From Eledone cirrhosa (lineage: Eukaryota), in assembly GCA_964016885.1 (NCBI GenBank), contig OZ024742.1:291028001-291092000 (forward strand): DNA of 64,000 nucleotides. The letters run 5' to 3'. The position numbers and the translations under genes were made by a program. Under the pieces are notes generated by a model. It was not told the DNA's origin, did not search any database, and saw only the letters and a list, made by a program, of their open reading frames with translations. Shown here piece by piece: positions 26,501 to 36,352 of this stretch (position 1 is its first letter; every line of letters begins with the position of its first letter).

Positions 26501-29500
26501 ATTTTATCGATCCCGTAAGGATGAAAGGCAAAGTTGACCTCGGCGGGATTTGAACTCAGAATGGAAAGGGCCGTAACTCTATGCGTCAAAGCATGGTATC
26601 TGACCCTCTACCGATACTGCCAATCGAGAACTTCCATTTTATTAAACAATACTGAAGTGTACGTGTGTCATATTGTCGATAGATGATTCATATGTGTAAA
26701 ATTCTTTCATGGATGTTATTTCTTTACTGAGGAGAAGCATTTTTTTTTTGTGGGAGGTGTTATAAAATATATTTTAACTGAATATTATTTTTGTTTTATT
26801 ATTAATAAAACATAAAAATTGCAAATAATGTCCACATTTTTCTGTGGACCACCAAAATTTTCTCTCAGACAACCTGGTGACTACTGCTGTAGTATATGGG
26901 AACGTATGTAAGTGAAATGCAGCCTGCAACTCATCTGATTAAGTACTGATTTTGGCTATGACAACCCATTCAACTCTTCCTAGCAGAGAGAACAGATGCT
27001 AATGATGATGAACTGATCATTTCAAAATGTTTATATTTAAAGTTATACTGGCCATCATAATTTTATTTAAGAAGCTTTGTTCAGTTATGTTCCAAACATC
27101 AGCTTATTAGCAACAAAGCTTGTTATTTTACTAAATCTGCCTGTCCAAATTAAAAAAATTATTTTATAATAAAAAGGTTAATTCAAAACTCTTTTCTAAT
27201 GATTAAAATATGGTGAAAAAATGTTAACTTACCCCTTTAGCATTTACATTATTCTATATTTATTATTATATTTTCATGGAAAAGGCTTTACCTCACATAA
27301 TTATCTCACATAATATTGAATCTATGAGATTTTTATATTATTTATTTTGAGAACAATACCTTAACATCAGTATGAGTGACTGGTTACAGCCAGTTTGAAC
27401 AAAAAGAGGTGAGAGTATTCTGGCTGGATACAGATGGTTTAAATGCTAATGGATAAAAACTATTTTCTAATGATTAAAATATGGTAATAAAAGGATTCAT
27501 TTAAAAGTCATCTCTAATGAACATGTTTTTTGTTCTAATTCAGCATGATGTTTATAATTATGAAGACAGTGATTTCTCAAAAGACTCGGTTTTGGAATGG
27601 ATTAAGAAACTGGGTAAAGAAAGACAGCAGATGGAATCATCATGTGAGTAATAGACTTGATACTGAGTGTTTGACTCCATTACCTGGTTAAACACTACCT
27701 AGTTCTGGGGTGTCTTTAATAGAGTCCACTAGAGTGATAGGTTTAATCCCTTATTTGGTTCAACATCATTCCTAACCAGTCCTGGGGTGTCTTAAAAAGA
27801 GTCCCCTACAGTGGTAGACTTAATCCCTCACCTGGTTTAACATCACTCTCATCTGCTCCTTGGGTGTCTTTGACAGAATTCACTATGGTGGTAGGTTTAA
27901 TCCATCATTTGGTTTAACATCACTCTCATCTGTGCCTTGGGTGTTTTTGGTAGTGTCTACTTTTTTGTTTTAAAAGAAATGTTGGAAGCTACATTACCTT
28001 AGGCTAGTGGTTCCCAAAGTTATTTTGTCACAGAACCTTTTAAAAAAACTCAAAAACCCATAACTATATTTTATGGACAATTCCTACTACCATAATTTTA
28101 ATATGACATTAACTCTTAATATCTTGTACCACATGAAACTACATTAGCAAAACATTCTTGTCACATACAAAACAGCTCTATGGTTTACATTCTGCTTCTT
28201 CTTCTTTACCCACTTATTCCTGAGAAGGTTGTGGGGGCAGAGTCCTCTCCTTTTAGTGGGTTCTGTCAGAAGCAACCATTTTCCAGTTGACCTGACTGGA
28301 TCCCCAAGTGAGACCAGTGAAGCTCATGGATATTATCCAACCATCTTGCTCAAGGTCTACCCATGGGTCTTCGACCAGTTGGTTTTGCCCGTAAAATCTG
28401 TTCAGCGATTCTTTCCTGAGTCATTCTAACCACATGCCCACAGTATCGGGGCTGTGATCTCTTAATTCGGAGAAGTAGTGGCTCTACCTGGAGTTACTCT
28501 CTGATCTCCAAGCCATGCACTTATTTTAGCTTACTACAAATTTTCACAATCTGTCCAGTGGTATTCATGCAATAGACATTTTGATTAACAAATCCATTTT
28601 TAGATGTTTTCTGCTTCATCATTACAGAATGTTAAAAGTTGAATGAATCAAACATTGCTTTAGAGAGAAATTATTCACATAAAACAAACATATGCAACAA
28701 ATTTATATACCCTGTCTCTTAAAACCCCAGAATTATTTGTGGAACCCAGTTTGGAAACTATACTTTAGACAAACAAAATATTAGCCCTTTTGATACCAAA
28801 CCACCTGAAACCAAACATAGTCTTATTTTACAAAACAGTTATTTTAAAGTGCTTATCTATAAATCTTTCAAAATAATTTTATGTAAGAACCTTTGTTAAG
28901 TTTTGTTCCAAACACTGGCTTTATAACCTTTTAATTCTCAATTATTAAAAAAAATATTTGAAAATCACAAACTCTCTCTCATTAGAAATATGATTAATAC
29001 AATATAAGGAATGGATGTGTTTCTAATGCTGAGAAAATATTTTTAAAACAGGGGAAGATATAATAGTAAATATAGGTTGGGAAGTAATGTTCTATATTGA
29101 TTATTGATTGTCCTATTTCAGATAATATGGAGTACAATGATTGGAAACCTTCTCTGAAGAGTATAGACTTTCTAAAAAATCACCCTTTTACACCACTAAA
29201 AGGTAAGTACTGTAGTAAGACACACTGACTATAGGAACATTGTATATATCCTATCTTAGATTTCCTTGTATAAATGCACCCAGTACACTCTGTAAAATAG
29301 TACTACTGGTGCCATGATAAAATACATCCAATACATTCTATAAAGAGATAGTGCCAGTGCTATAATAAAATATACCCAGTACACTCTGTAAAGTGGTAGT
29401 GCTGTTGTCACAATAAAATGTACCCAGTACATTCTGTAAAATGGTAGTGCTGGTATCACAATAAAATGTACCCAGTATATATTATACAGTGGTACTGTTG

Positions 29501-30866
29501 GTGACATAATACAAAACACTCAGCCCAACCTGTAAAGGGGTACACCTGGTTCCATGATAAAATGCACCCAGTACACTCAGTAAAGTGGTAGTGCTGGTGA
29601 CATGATAAAATGCCCCGAGCCCACTCTGTAAAATGATAATGCTGGTGCCATGATAACATACATCCAGTACAGCCTGTAAAATGGTAGTGCTGGTGTCATG
29701 ATAAAATGTTTCCAGTAGACTCTGGAAAGTGGTTGGTGTTAAGAAGCACATGGATAATAGATATTCAGGTCCAACATATTGTAAGTTCAATAAAGTCAAT
29801 AAGCATAACTGTAATGAAAGTTCACCAGGTATTTCTAACCTCTCAACCTCTCAGTGACCACATGAAATAACAATCTTAATTGATAACACTACCATCACAT
29901 GTCCTTTGCAAAACATCATATAAATGTTGCCTCATACTCTTTGCAAAACATCATATAAATGTTGCCTCAGACAGAAGCATGAATGTGAATTATGAAAGTG
30001 TTACTCCAGAGGATGATAGCAAGAGAGATGTACTAAAAGAGTCAATACAACTTTCACGGCTCATTCTTGTAGATGACCATCTTCATTCTGATCATAATGA
30101 GCAGGTGTAGTAATATGAGTAAAAGTACTGTCTAATATCTCTGGTGTAATAAAACTGCACACTGCATCTCACAGAACTAATTTACATGCATATGCATATT
30201 AGGCCTAATATCTCTGGAGTGGTAATAAAACTGCACACTACATCTCACAGAAGAACTAATTTATGTGTGTATGCATGTTATGTCTAATATCTCTGGAGAA
30301 GTAATAAAACACACTCCTTATCCTTCTGGAACTATTTTACACATGTATGTATGTTGTGTCAAATATCTCTGGAATAGTAAATACAACATGCTACTTCTCA
30401 CTTTCAATCTGTCAATCATCACCATCATCACCATCATCACCAACGTTTATTTTCCATGTTAGCATGGGTTAGACAGGTTGTCCCATTAGAGGCAAGTTGA
30501 GTCAGGTGACTGTGTCTTGCTCATATAGAACTGTTTCTGGCTAGGTTTCTATGCCTGGGTGCCCTTCCTAACACCAACCACATTTACAGTGTGCTGGGTG
30601 CTTTTTAATACATGCGAATATCAGTTTCTCTGTAGTATATGTAAATAATGTTAAAAACAACTGTCCTGATCATCACTGCTTTATTATATAACATGGTGGC
30701 AGAAATAGAATTTGAACTCAGTCCTTCAAAGAGGTTACATAGGTTTACATATTTTTTATATTGAATCTTCTTCTTTTTCCATTCTTCTGTAGAAATGCCT
30801 ATAGAAAATGAAGAATCTCTTTCTTTCCCACATGAAGCTACAGACATCATTCATGAAGAACTTTAA
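815..30866 (+). CDS. TXNDC16: Thioredoxin domain-containing protein 16 (ERp90)-like gene, 5'-partial, 18 visible coding exons, ~718 aa, C-terminal HEEL
   Basis: Exons 815-885, 1601-1675, 3011-3132, 3972-4062, 6682-6841, 7570-7727, 9017-9092, 9989-10121, 11709-11858, 13667-13916, 15098-15225, 15695-15779, 22437-22578, 24270-24433, 25754-25850, 27544-27643, 29122-29202 and 30793-30866. All have AG/GT borders and compatible phases, totalling 2157 nt with no internal stop. Segments are collinear with vertebrate TXNDC16 as recalled (HRVLLELAYVF~HRAVMEAAFVY, DDEVSNVVF~DDEVAETVF, NCFDWTEVC~NCADWSDVC, ELTPEILPY..KPLII~EITVENLPSY..KPLLI, WKPSLKSIDFL~WKPPLPAYDFL). Confidence 0.9.
1601..1675 (+). CDS. 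TXNDC16: TXNDC16-like exon (GDEIWADVPLVNMYDADSIVSNAL)
   Basis: tttcag / gtaagt. Confidence 0.85.
2320..2560 (+). mobile_element. 3' remnant of an RLE-type (CRE-like) non-LTR retrotransposon; second fragment at ~63735-63860
   Basis: KY...GMETSGVFGP...IG.EL....EPR..EWLFQRVSLTIIQGNAFSIL resembles the CRE-clade C-terminus (ETLG.WG...QRISIA.QRGNA). Confidence 0.6.
3011..3132 (+). CDS. TXNDC16: TXNDC16-like exon (IPLLDDFEIIYTRIERLEIVAPLQGVKNVIFGYLYAVGTS)
   Basis: cttcag / gtaagt; overlaps ORF 3021..3293. Confidence 0.88.
3972..4062 (+). CDS. TXNDC16: TXNDC16-like exon (HRVLLELAYVFRQQIQFMLTTTQRTISDL)
   Basis: tcttag / gtaagt. Confidence 0.88.
4618..5872 (-). mobile_element. 5'-truncated RTE-clade LINE (PHD finger + RT C-terminus + 3'UTR + (ATG)n tail), intronic and antisense
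   Basis: ORF 4976..5776 with FRYLGD, LHGSETW, RRLRWYGHV and GRPR.TW motifs. Confidence 0.9.
5975..6490 (-). mobile_element. APE endonuclease fragment of a second LINE family (frameshifted)
   Basis: ILAIQEHR, ISAYSPT, LGDFNAH and N.NG.LL motifs across ORFs 6221..6481 and 5929..6351. Confidence 0.85.
6682..6841 (+). CDS. TXNDC16: TXNDC16-like exon (QHSKDNDTMIWFFLCQE...AAIKLVNGPKY)
   Basis: ttttag / gtaagt; ORF 6656..6868. Confidence 0.88.
7210..7380 (-). mobile_element. tRNA-derived SINE with Deu/Nin-like central domain (copies ~9685-9880, 16408-16590, 19965-20145, 26445-26625 on -; ~1280-1400, 10170-10290 on +)
   Basis: GTTCAAATCC B box followed by GCCTTTCATCCTTACGGGGTCGATAAAATAAAGTACCAG in many dispersed copies. 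Confidence 0.75.
7570..7727 (+). CDS. TXNDC16: TXNDC16-like exon (YYLPGNRTNNIPC...IGVMAVILVD)
   Basis: ttgtag / gtaagt. Confidence 0.85.
7765..8155. mobile_element. TTAA-flanked piggyBac-like MITE (relatives at ~25330-25730 and ~28110)
   Basis: TTAA on both sides; terminus CTCTTAGCGTCC/CTCTTAACATCC with complementary GATGTTAAGAG-TTAA in the related copy. Confidence 0.55.
9017..9092 (+). CDS. TXNDC16: TXNDC16-like exon (DSKNLNPSLSLPEKTPSVALTFAGE)
   Basis: tttcag / gtaagt; phases 2 to 0 fit both neighbours. Confidence 0.8.
9989..10121 (+). CDS. TXNDC16: TXNDC16-like exon (NVKTFMGTAFSKVSVMKFL...EAMEEFA)
   Basis: tttcag acceptor; weaker gtgtgt donor chosen by phase. Confidence 0.75.
10290..10725 (+). 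mobile_element. CR1-like LINE 3' end remnant (tail also at ~20975-21095 on -)
   Basis: Degenerate HAYKIRKQ..HFFMLRVA..NKLPASVV...SFKTSM translation and a shared 3'UTR. Confidence 0.6.
11709..11858 (+). CDS. TXNDC16: TXNDC16-like exon (SMNDDEVSNVVFNN...LSDQTFAEL...LVIFYLP)
   Basis: tgccag / gtaagt; start of an a-type thioredoxin domain. Confidence 0.9.
12118..13000. mobile_element. Decayed Tc1/mariner (Tc2/pogo-like) non-autonomous DNA transposon
   Basis: Termini TACTTGAATATAAGC ... GCTTATATTCGAGTGTATA are imperfect inverted repeats. Confidence 0.5.
13667..13916 (+). CDS. TXNDC16: TXNDC16-like exon (NPVYSALLQH...FNCFDWTEVCEKHHILHTPTLQLF...YTGALDAMDVMAFLY)
   Basis: ctacag / gtgagt; thioredoxin-fold signature including the cis-Pro (TPTL). 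Confidence 0.92.
15098..15225 (+). CDS. TXNDC16: TXNDC16-like exon (HHFHETVHLKLEDIPQL...CILGLFHEDSQ)
   Basis: tttcag / gtaggt. Confidence 0.85.
15695..15779 (+). CDS. TXNDC16: TXNDC16-like exon (LKNFSKAAKIKRGTILFTFLTGDDAKQ)
   Basis: ttgtag / gtatgt. Confidence 0.85.
16242..16354 (-). ncRNA. Type I hammerhead ribozyme with extended stem II
   Basis: Minus strand: CAGUAUU-CUGACGA-UUUGGUC...GACUAAU-GAAA-CAAUUG-UU-AAUACUG; 7-bp stem I, palindromic stem III. Confidence 0.8.
16626..18546 (+). mobile_element. Degraded RTE LINE (RT + PHD, internal deletion, (ATG)n tail)
   Basis: NYRGIKL, QFGF, DLENAFDRV, HQGSVLSP and YADD motifs with multiple stops. Confidence 0.9.
19107..19540 (+). mobile_element. 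tRNA-headed SINE with CORE-like body and RTE-derived tail (copies 23592-23932 -, 35541-35875 +, 36008-36332 -, 48108-48545 -, 52010-52345 -; older ones ~23088-23400 and ~31250-31520)
   Basis: A box TGGCTTAGTGG, B box GTTCAATTC, TTGAGCAAGACACTT body, 3' end shared with the RTE 3'UTR (CGGACGTAAAA(TGA)n). Confidence 0.85.
21823..22036. repeat. Fold-back inverted repeat (~90-bp arms), Penelope pseudo-LTR-like
   Basis: Arm 21823-21911 is the near reverse complement of 21946-22036; contains the HHR 3' half GAAA-CGCAUG-UC. Confidence 0.75.
22437..22578 (+). CDS. TXNDC16: TXNDC16-like exon (ANKNGVKIPSVMAIKWSDP...DSKVETF)
   Basis: tatcag / gtaagt. Confidence 0.87.
22648..22945. repeat. 20-bp minisatellite (GTAATTTACATATAGRCRT-like)
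   Basis: Tandem copies visible. Confidence 0.85.
24270..24433 (+). CDS. TXNDC16: TXNDC16-like exon (GELTPEILPYIYRMGKPLIIFF...VVFTWLN)
   Basis: caatag / gtaagt; PDI b'-like segment. Confidence 0.9.
25754..25850 (+). CDS. TXNDC16: TXNDC16-like exon (ASKMSDHFQIQLFETYFEAPVVPALSMVYFME)
   Basis: ttacag / gtaaac. Confidence 0.85.
26341..26886. mobile_element. hAT (Charlie-like) MITE with nested SINE; second hAT-like MITE at 28005-28762 with a nested LINE 3' fragment
   Basis: CAGTGGTT...ACTACTG termini with degenerate 8-bp TSD CTCTAGAG/CTGTAGTA; second element TAGTGGTTCCCAAA...TTTGGAAACTATA with CCTTAGGC/CTTTAGAC. Confidence 0.6.
27230..27456. mobile_element. ~215-bp piggyBac-like MITE (copies ~13400-13616, ~25872-26083)
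   Basis: CCCTTTAGCATTTA...TAAATGCTAAWGG TIRs, TTAA-like flanks, three similar copies. Confidence 0.65.
27544..27643 (+). CDS. TXNDC16: TXNDC16-like exon (HDVYNYEDSDFSKDSVLEWIKKLGKERQQMESS)
   Basis: attcag / gtgagt. Confidence 0.87.
29122..29202 (+). CDS. TXNDC16: TXNDC16-like exon (NMEYNDWKPSLKSIDFLKNHPFTPLK)
   Basis: tttcag / gtaagt; WKP..DFL motif. Confidence 0.88.
30793..30866 (+). CDS. TXNDC16: TXNDC16-like terminal coding exon (MPIENEESLSFPHEATDIIHEEL*)
   Basis: Long pyrimidine tract plus ctgtag; phase 1 fits the previous exon; ends CAT GAA GAA CTT TAA. Confidence 0.85.
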
Positions 30867-31064
30867 AATGTGAACTTTGAAATATGAACTTTGAAATATG
30901 AACTTTGAAATATGAACTTTGAACTCTGAACTCTGAACTTTGTACTCTGAACTTTAAACTTTGAACATTAAACTATGGACTCTAAACAGTAAACTGTGAA
31001 CAGTAAACCTTGATCAACAGTTTCTGATCTGCTATTTTTGTTACTTAATTCAAGTTGGAAAATG

Positions 31065-31070
31065 AATAAA
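31065..31070 (+). promoter_or_regulatory. Candidate polyadenylation signal of the TXNDC16-like gene
   Basis: AATAAA ~200 nt after the stop, followed by a T-rich tract. Confidence 0.45.
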
Positions 31071-32687
31071 TATCATGTATTCTTTTGTTCTTATTCTTTT
31101 ACTAATGGACCCATGCCATCAATAATGATAGCAATAGCATTGAATGTATTTAATTTTTGGAGTCCAAGATTTGTATGCCATATATACCAGGATTACTATA
31201 TATTTGAACAATCATACAAACTGAGAAATTTGCTTTTTGATAAATTAACGGAGGTGTGTGGCCTAGTGGTAAGGGTGTTGGTTGGACCTACGATGATAAT
31301 GTTGTGGGTTCAATTCCTGGGTTGGGCTTTGTGTTGTGTTCTTGAGCAAAACACTTCATTTTGCATTGCTCCAGCTGAAAATGAATACCAGCAAGGGGGT
31401 TTAACCCTGTGATGGACTGGCATCCTGTCCGGGGGAAGTCTTGTTCTCTCAGTTGCTTCATGCCACAAAACCAATATAAGCACCAGCTTGAACAGCCTCC
31501 TGGCATGAGACAGACTTTAGTTTTAAACTTAGATATGAGAAACCCTATAGTTTATGTTGATTACTGACACATGAAAGTGATTAAAGATAAGAATGATATT
31601 TTAATAATTTATTTCTAGGATACAATTACATGAATGTTCAGCATGTATTTACAAATGACATACTGGTTTGAGTAACTTTGGGGAAATAGCTATTTACAGG
31701 TACAAATGTAGGGTTAGAACCTTGTAATTGTAAAGTGAACTTGTTATTGTAGCAACTCAGATAGGAAATGCATTGTGTATGTAAATTTTAAAGAGTAACA
31801 TACAGATGTAAAACATACATATGTAAATAAATATGCAAACACACATGGCATATTATGGTTGATTATTTTTTATTCTTTAACTAGTTTCAGACTGTTGCCA
31901 TGTTAGGGCACTGCTTTGAGGTCAATCATACTTATATATATCAAGCATTAAACTAATATATTTCTAGATTGTACTGTGTTTGCTTTGCAGTTTCTATTTA
32001 CTTTTCACACTCACTCACACACACAAAACATATGGGCAAAAACAACAGAAAAATGAACAAATACATTAATAATTCATTAATAAATTCTGTTCTCATATTT
32101 TAAGAGCTATTAAGCAAATGGCTATTTGCTATGAAAGTAACTTCTTATATATATTTATTTTTGGGTAGTTGGATTGGTGGAGGTGGATGTAGAGTTCAAA
32201 AGGTCAGGATTTATATTGCTTCAATAGAAAATTTCTTTTTCTATTGAAATAAAAATACAGATAGCAGCATGTGTGTGTGGATAGATGGGGCATTCTACAG
32301 GTGCATTTGTTCAATTGTGTCAAATGTTCCAGATATTTTAGAATTTGTTTCAGGTAGTGGGGCAGTAGCCATAAAAGTAAAATTATAAGTATAAACCACC
32401 ACCATCATCATCATCATTGTTTAACGTCTATTTTCTATGCTAGCATGAATAGGATGGACTGTCCCGTTGTGAGAGATCCAGGTCGAAGGACCATGTCTTG
32501 CTCACACACAACTGATTTTGGCTTAGTTTCTATGGCTGGATGCCCTTCCTAATGCCAACCACATTTACAGTATATGCTGGGAACTTTTTGTTGTCACCTA
32601 TACAACCACTTTACTGTGTGAACTGTGTGCTTTTTGTCGTGACACCTACATGACCACTTTACAATATGGGCTGGGCACTTTTTGTTA

Positions 32688-33600
32688 TGATACTACATGA
32701 CCACTTTACAGTGTGGACTGGGTGCTTTTTGATGTGATACTACATGACCACTTTACAATATGGATTGTGCACTCATTCTTGTGATACTACATGACCATTT
32801 TACAGTGTGGACTGGGTGCTTTTTGATGTGATACTACATGACCACTTTACAATATGGATTGTGCACTCATTCTTGTGATACTACATGACCACTTTACAGT
32901 GTGGACTGGGTGCTTTTTGATGTGATACTACATGACCACTTTACAATATGGATTGTGCATTCATTCTTGTGATACTACATGACCATTTTACAGTGTGGAC
33001 TGGGTGCTTTTTGATGTGATACTACATGACCACTTTACAATATGGATTGTGCACTCATTCTTGTGATACTACATGACCACTTTACAGTGTGGACTGGGTG
33101 CTTTTTGATGTGATACTACATGACCACTTTACAATATGGATTGTGCACTCATTCTTGTGATACTACATGACCACTTTACAGTGTGGACTGGGTGCTTTTT
33201 GATGTGATACTACATGACCACTTTACAATATGGATTGTGCACTCATTCTTGTGATACTACATGACCACTTTACAGTGTGGACTGGGTGCTTTTTGATGTG
33301 ATACTACATGACCACTTTACAATATGGATTGTGCACTCATTCTTGTGATACTACATGACCATTTTACAGTGTGGACTGGGTGCTTTTTGATGTGATACTA
33401 CATGACCACTTTACAATATGGATTGTGCACTCATTCTTGTGATACTACATGACCACTTTACAGTGTGGACTGGGTGCTTTTTGATGTGATTCTACATGAC
33501 CACTTTACAATATGGATTGTGCACTCTTTCTTGTGATACTACATGACCACTTTACAGTGTGGACTGGGTGCTTTTTGTTATGATACTACATGACCACTTT
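32688..33600. repeat. Higher-order minisatellite: alternating 47-bp A/B units (94-bp period, 10 A + 9 B)
   Basis: GTGTGGACTG recurs at 32711, 32805, 32899 ... 33557; the unit derives from the SINE/RTE tail repeat. Confidence 0.92.
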
Positions 33601-33865
33601 ACAGTGTGGGCTGGATGCTTTTGTCATGACACCTATACAAAATAATACAAAAATAAAAATGACTGAAAAGGATTCTGTGGGTGGGGTTTATTTGCGAAAA
33701 AAAAAGTTTCTGGAAATTCTACTAAGCGTTCGTGAAAAAAACTTTTTGTGATAATCTTCATTGTTTTGGGGAAATACGCCATTTTGGAAAAGTGAAGAGT
33801 TTCTTTTTATCTTGTGTGTGTTTACATTCATGCATGTATGTATATATGTATATGTATGTGTATAT

Positions 33866-34490
33866 GCTATGGAAACAGCAGTTAGAATCGAGGACTGAGA
33901 GTGAACATAGCTAAGACAAAAGTGTTGATAAGTAGAAGAGAGGACAATACTCCGATTCCATCAGGGAAATAGCCATGTTCGATATGTAGGAAAGGAACTG
34001 GCATAAATTCCATAAAATGTACGCAATGCAGATCTTGGGTACACAAGAGATGTAGTGGGATAGCAGGCAAATTCACAGGTAGGGAAAACTACTTATGCAG
34101 TAGATGTACAGGGAAAGTTGGCAATAGTAATCTCAGTGATAGACACATTTTTCCAATGCAAGTGGGTTCTATAGAAGTGGTTGATAGCTTCCGGTACCTA
34201 GGTGATTAGATTATGTGTGCAGGAGAGAAGGCTGAGATGGTATGGACATATGATGCGCATGGAGGATGACCGCTGGGTAAAGAAGTGCCGAGAAATCCCA
34301 GTAGAAGGAAGACGCAGTAGAGGTAGACCACGTAAAACTTGGACGGAAGTGGTGAGAGCAGACCTCAGATCGCTGAAACTCACCAAGGAGATGACGAAGG
34401 ACCGTGACAAGTGGAGAGATGATGTGCTGAATAAGACCCGTCCAACCCTTGCAAGCAAGGAAAAGCGGACATATGATGATGATGATTATG
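33866..34490 (+). mobile_element. RTE LINE 3' fragment (PHD region, internal deletion, tail)
   Basis: Similar to 17830-18546; RRLRWYGH and GRPRKTW motifs. Confidence 0.88.
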
Positions 34491-34798
34491 ATATATATAT
34501 ATGTATGTATATATATGTATATATATATCATCATCATCACCATTTTACGTCCGTTCTTCCACGCTAGCATGGGTTAACCGGGTTGTCCTGTTGTAGGCAA
34601 TGTCCGGTCGGCTGACCTTGTCTTGCTCATACTGGAACTGATTCTGGCTTGATTTCTACAGCTGGATGCCCTTCCTAAACCCAACCTCATTAACAGTGAG
34701 TGCTGGGTGATTTTTTCCGTGGTGCCTACAGGTTCACTTTACAGTGTGGGCTGGGTGCTTTTTTGCCATGGTGCCTCCACGACCACTTTGCAGTGGGA

Positions 34799-34839
<41 letters not shown>

Positions 34840-35223
34840 GCATACATATATGATTGTGCCTCGAGCTGGTCACCAGAAAAATGATTGTAATATGTCGAAT
34901 AAATTCCATTCATCGCAACACAGATTCTCTTTTTTTTGTGATATCATACTCTGCTCAATGAGAGCATTGAGTGCTCAAATGGCCTACCACATACGGAAGT
35001 TTTAAGCATCCAACACCAATTAAGTATATATATATATATATATTAGAGCAAACATCACGGACGCTCTATCTCAAAATTATTTTTGAAAGGCATTAGAAAT
35101 GCGCAACCAGTAAAACTTAAAACCAAAACTGAATACTAACCAATACTATTACTAATTCTCACTTATTCCTAATTAAACTATTTTTCACTGTGAACAATTT
35201 GTCAGCATTTTCTTTTTCGTTTA

Positions 35224-35274
<51 letters not shown>

Positions 35275-35309
35275 ATCTAAGGCGGGTAAAATTCCCGAGA
35301 TCCATGGAC

Positions 35310-35510
35310 GAGTTCTCTCCAGCGGTCTCTGTCCCTCATTATCGCTGCCATGTCCTGCATCTCCAACAGACCAGTGTCTGTCCTTAAGGCATCAACCTTG
35401 GTCTTCCTCTTCTAGTGTGTCCATGTAGGGGCTCCCAAAGGAGCACTGAGTGCAATGTCAACTCTGGATGTCGGTGAGCATGTCCAGCTAACCTCAGTCT
35501 CCTCTGTGTC
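35310..35510 (-). mobile_element. RTE-type LINE C-terminal fragment (different family)
   Basis: RRLRLAGHAHRHPE...LLWEP.HG..RRGRP translation. Confidence 0.7.
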
Positions 35511-36352
35511 ATATGTATATATGTATATATATATATATATATGGCTTAGTGGTTAGAGCATTGGCCTTGCAATCGAAAGGTTGTGAGTTCAATTCTCAGA
35601 CCGGGTGATGTGTTGTTTCCTTGAGCAAGACACTTTATTTCACATTGCTCCAGTTTACTCAGCTGTAGAAATGAGATGATAGGGACTGGGGTCCCTATCA
35701 TTCCACTGTAAAGTGGTCGTGGAGGTGCCATGGCAAAAAAGCACCCAGCACTCACTGTAAATGAGGTTGGTGTTAGGAAGGGCATCCAGCTGTAGAAATC
35801 AAGCCAGAATCAGTTCCCGTCCCACCCTTGCAAGCAGGGAAAAAGCGGACGTAAAATGAAATGATGATGATGAAATGATAAGGTTCTTATATATTTGATA
35901 TATATTTATCCTTATCAAGCCCTCTGGATTTTACTCTTCAAATTTATTATTATTACTATATGTATATATATATGTATTTATGTATATATAAGTATATATA
36001 TATGTAATCATCATCATCATCATTTTACGTCCGCTTTTCCCTGCTTGCAAGGGTGGGACGGGAACTGATTCTGGCTTGATTTCTACAGCTGGATGCCCTT
36101 CCTAACACCAACCTCATTTACAGTGAGTGCTGGGTGCTTTTTTGCCGTGGCACCTATACGTCCACTTTACAGTAGAATGATAGAGACCCCAGTCCTATCA
36201 TCTCATTTCTACAGCTGAGTAAACTGGAGCAATGTGAAATAAAGTGTCTTGCTCAAGGAAACAACACTCGGTCTGAGAATTGAACTCACAACCTTTCGAT
36301 TGCAAGGCCAATGCTATAACCACTAAGCCATGTAATATATATATATGTATAT

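Noticed and set aside
32688-33600. CRISPR-like repeat/spacer appearance
   Set aside because: The apparent spacers alternate between two identical sequences; eukaryotic context with no cas genes.
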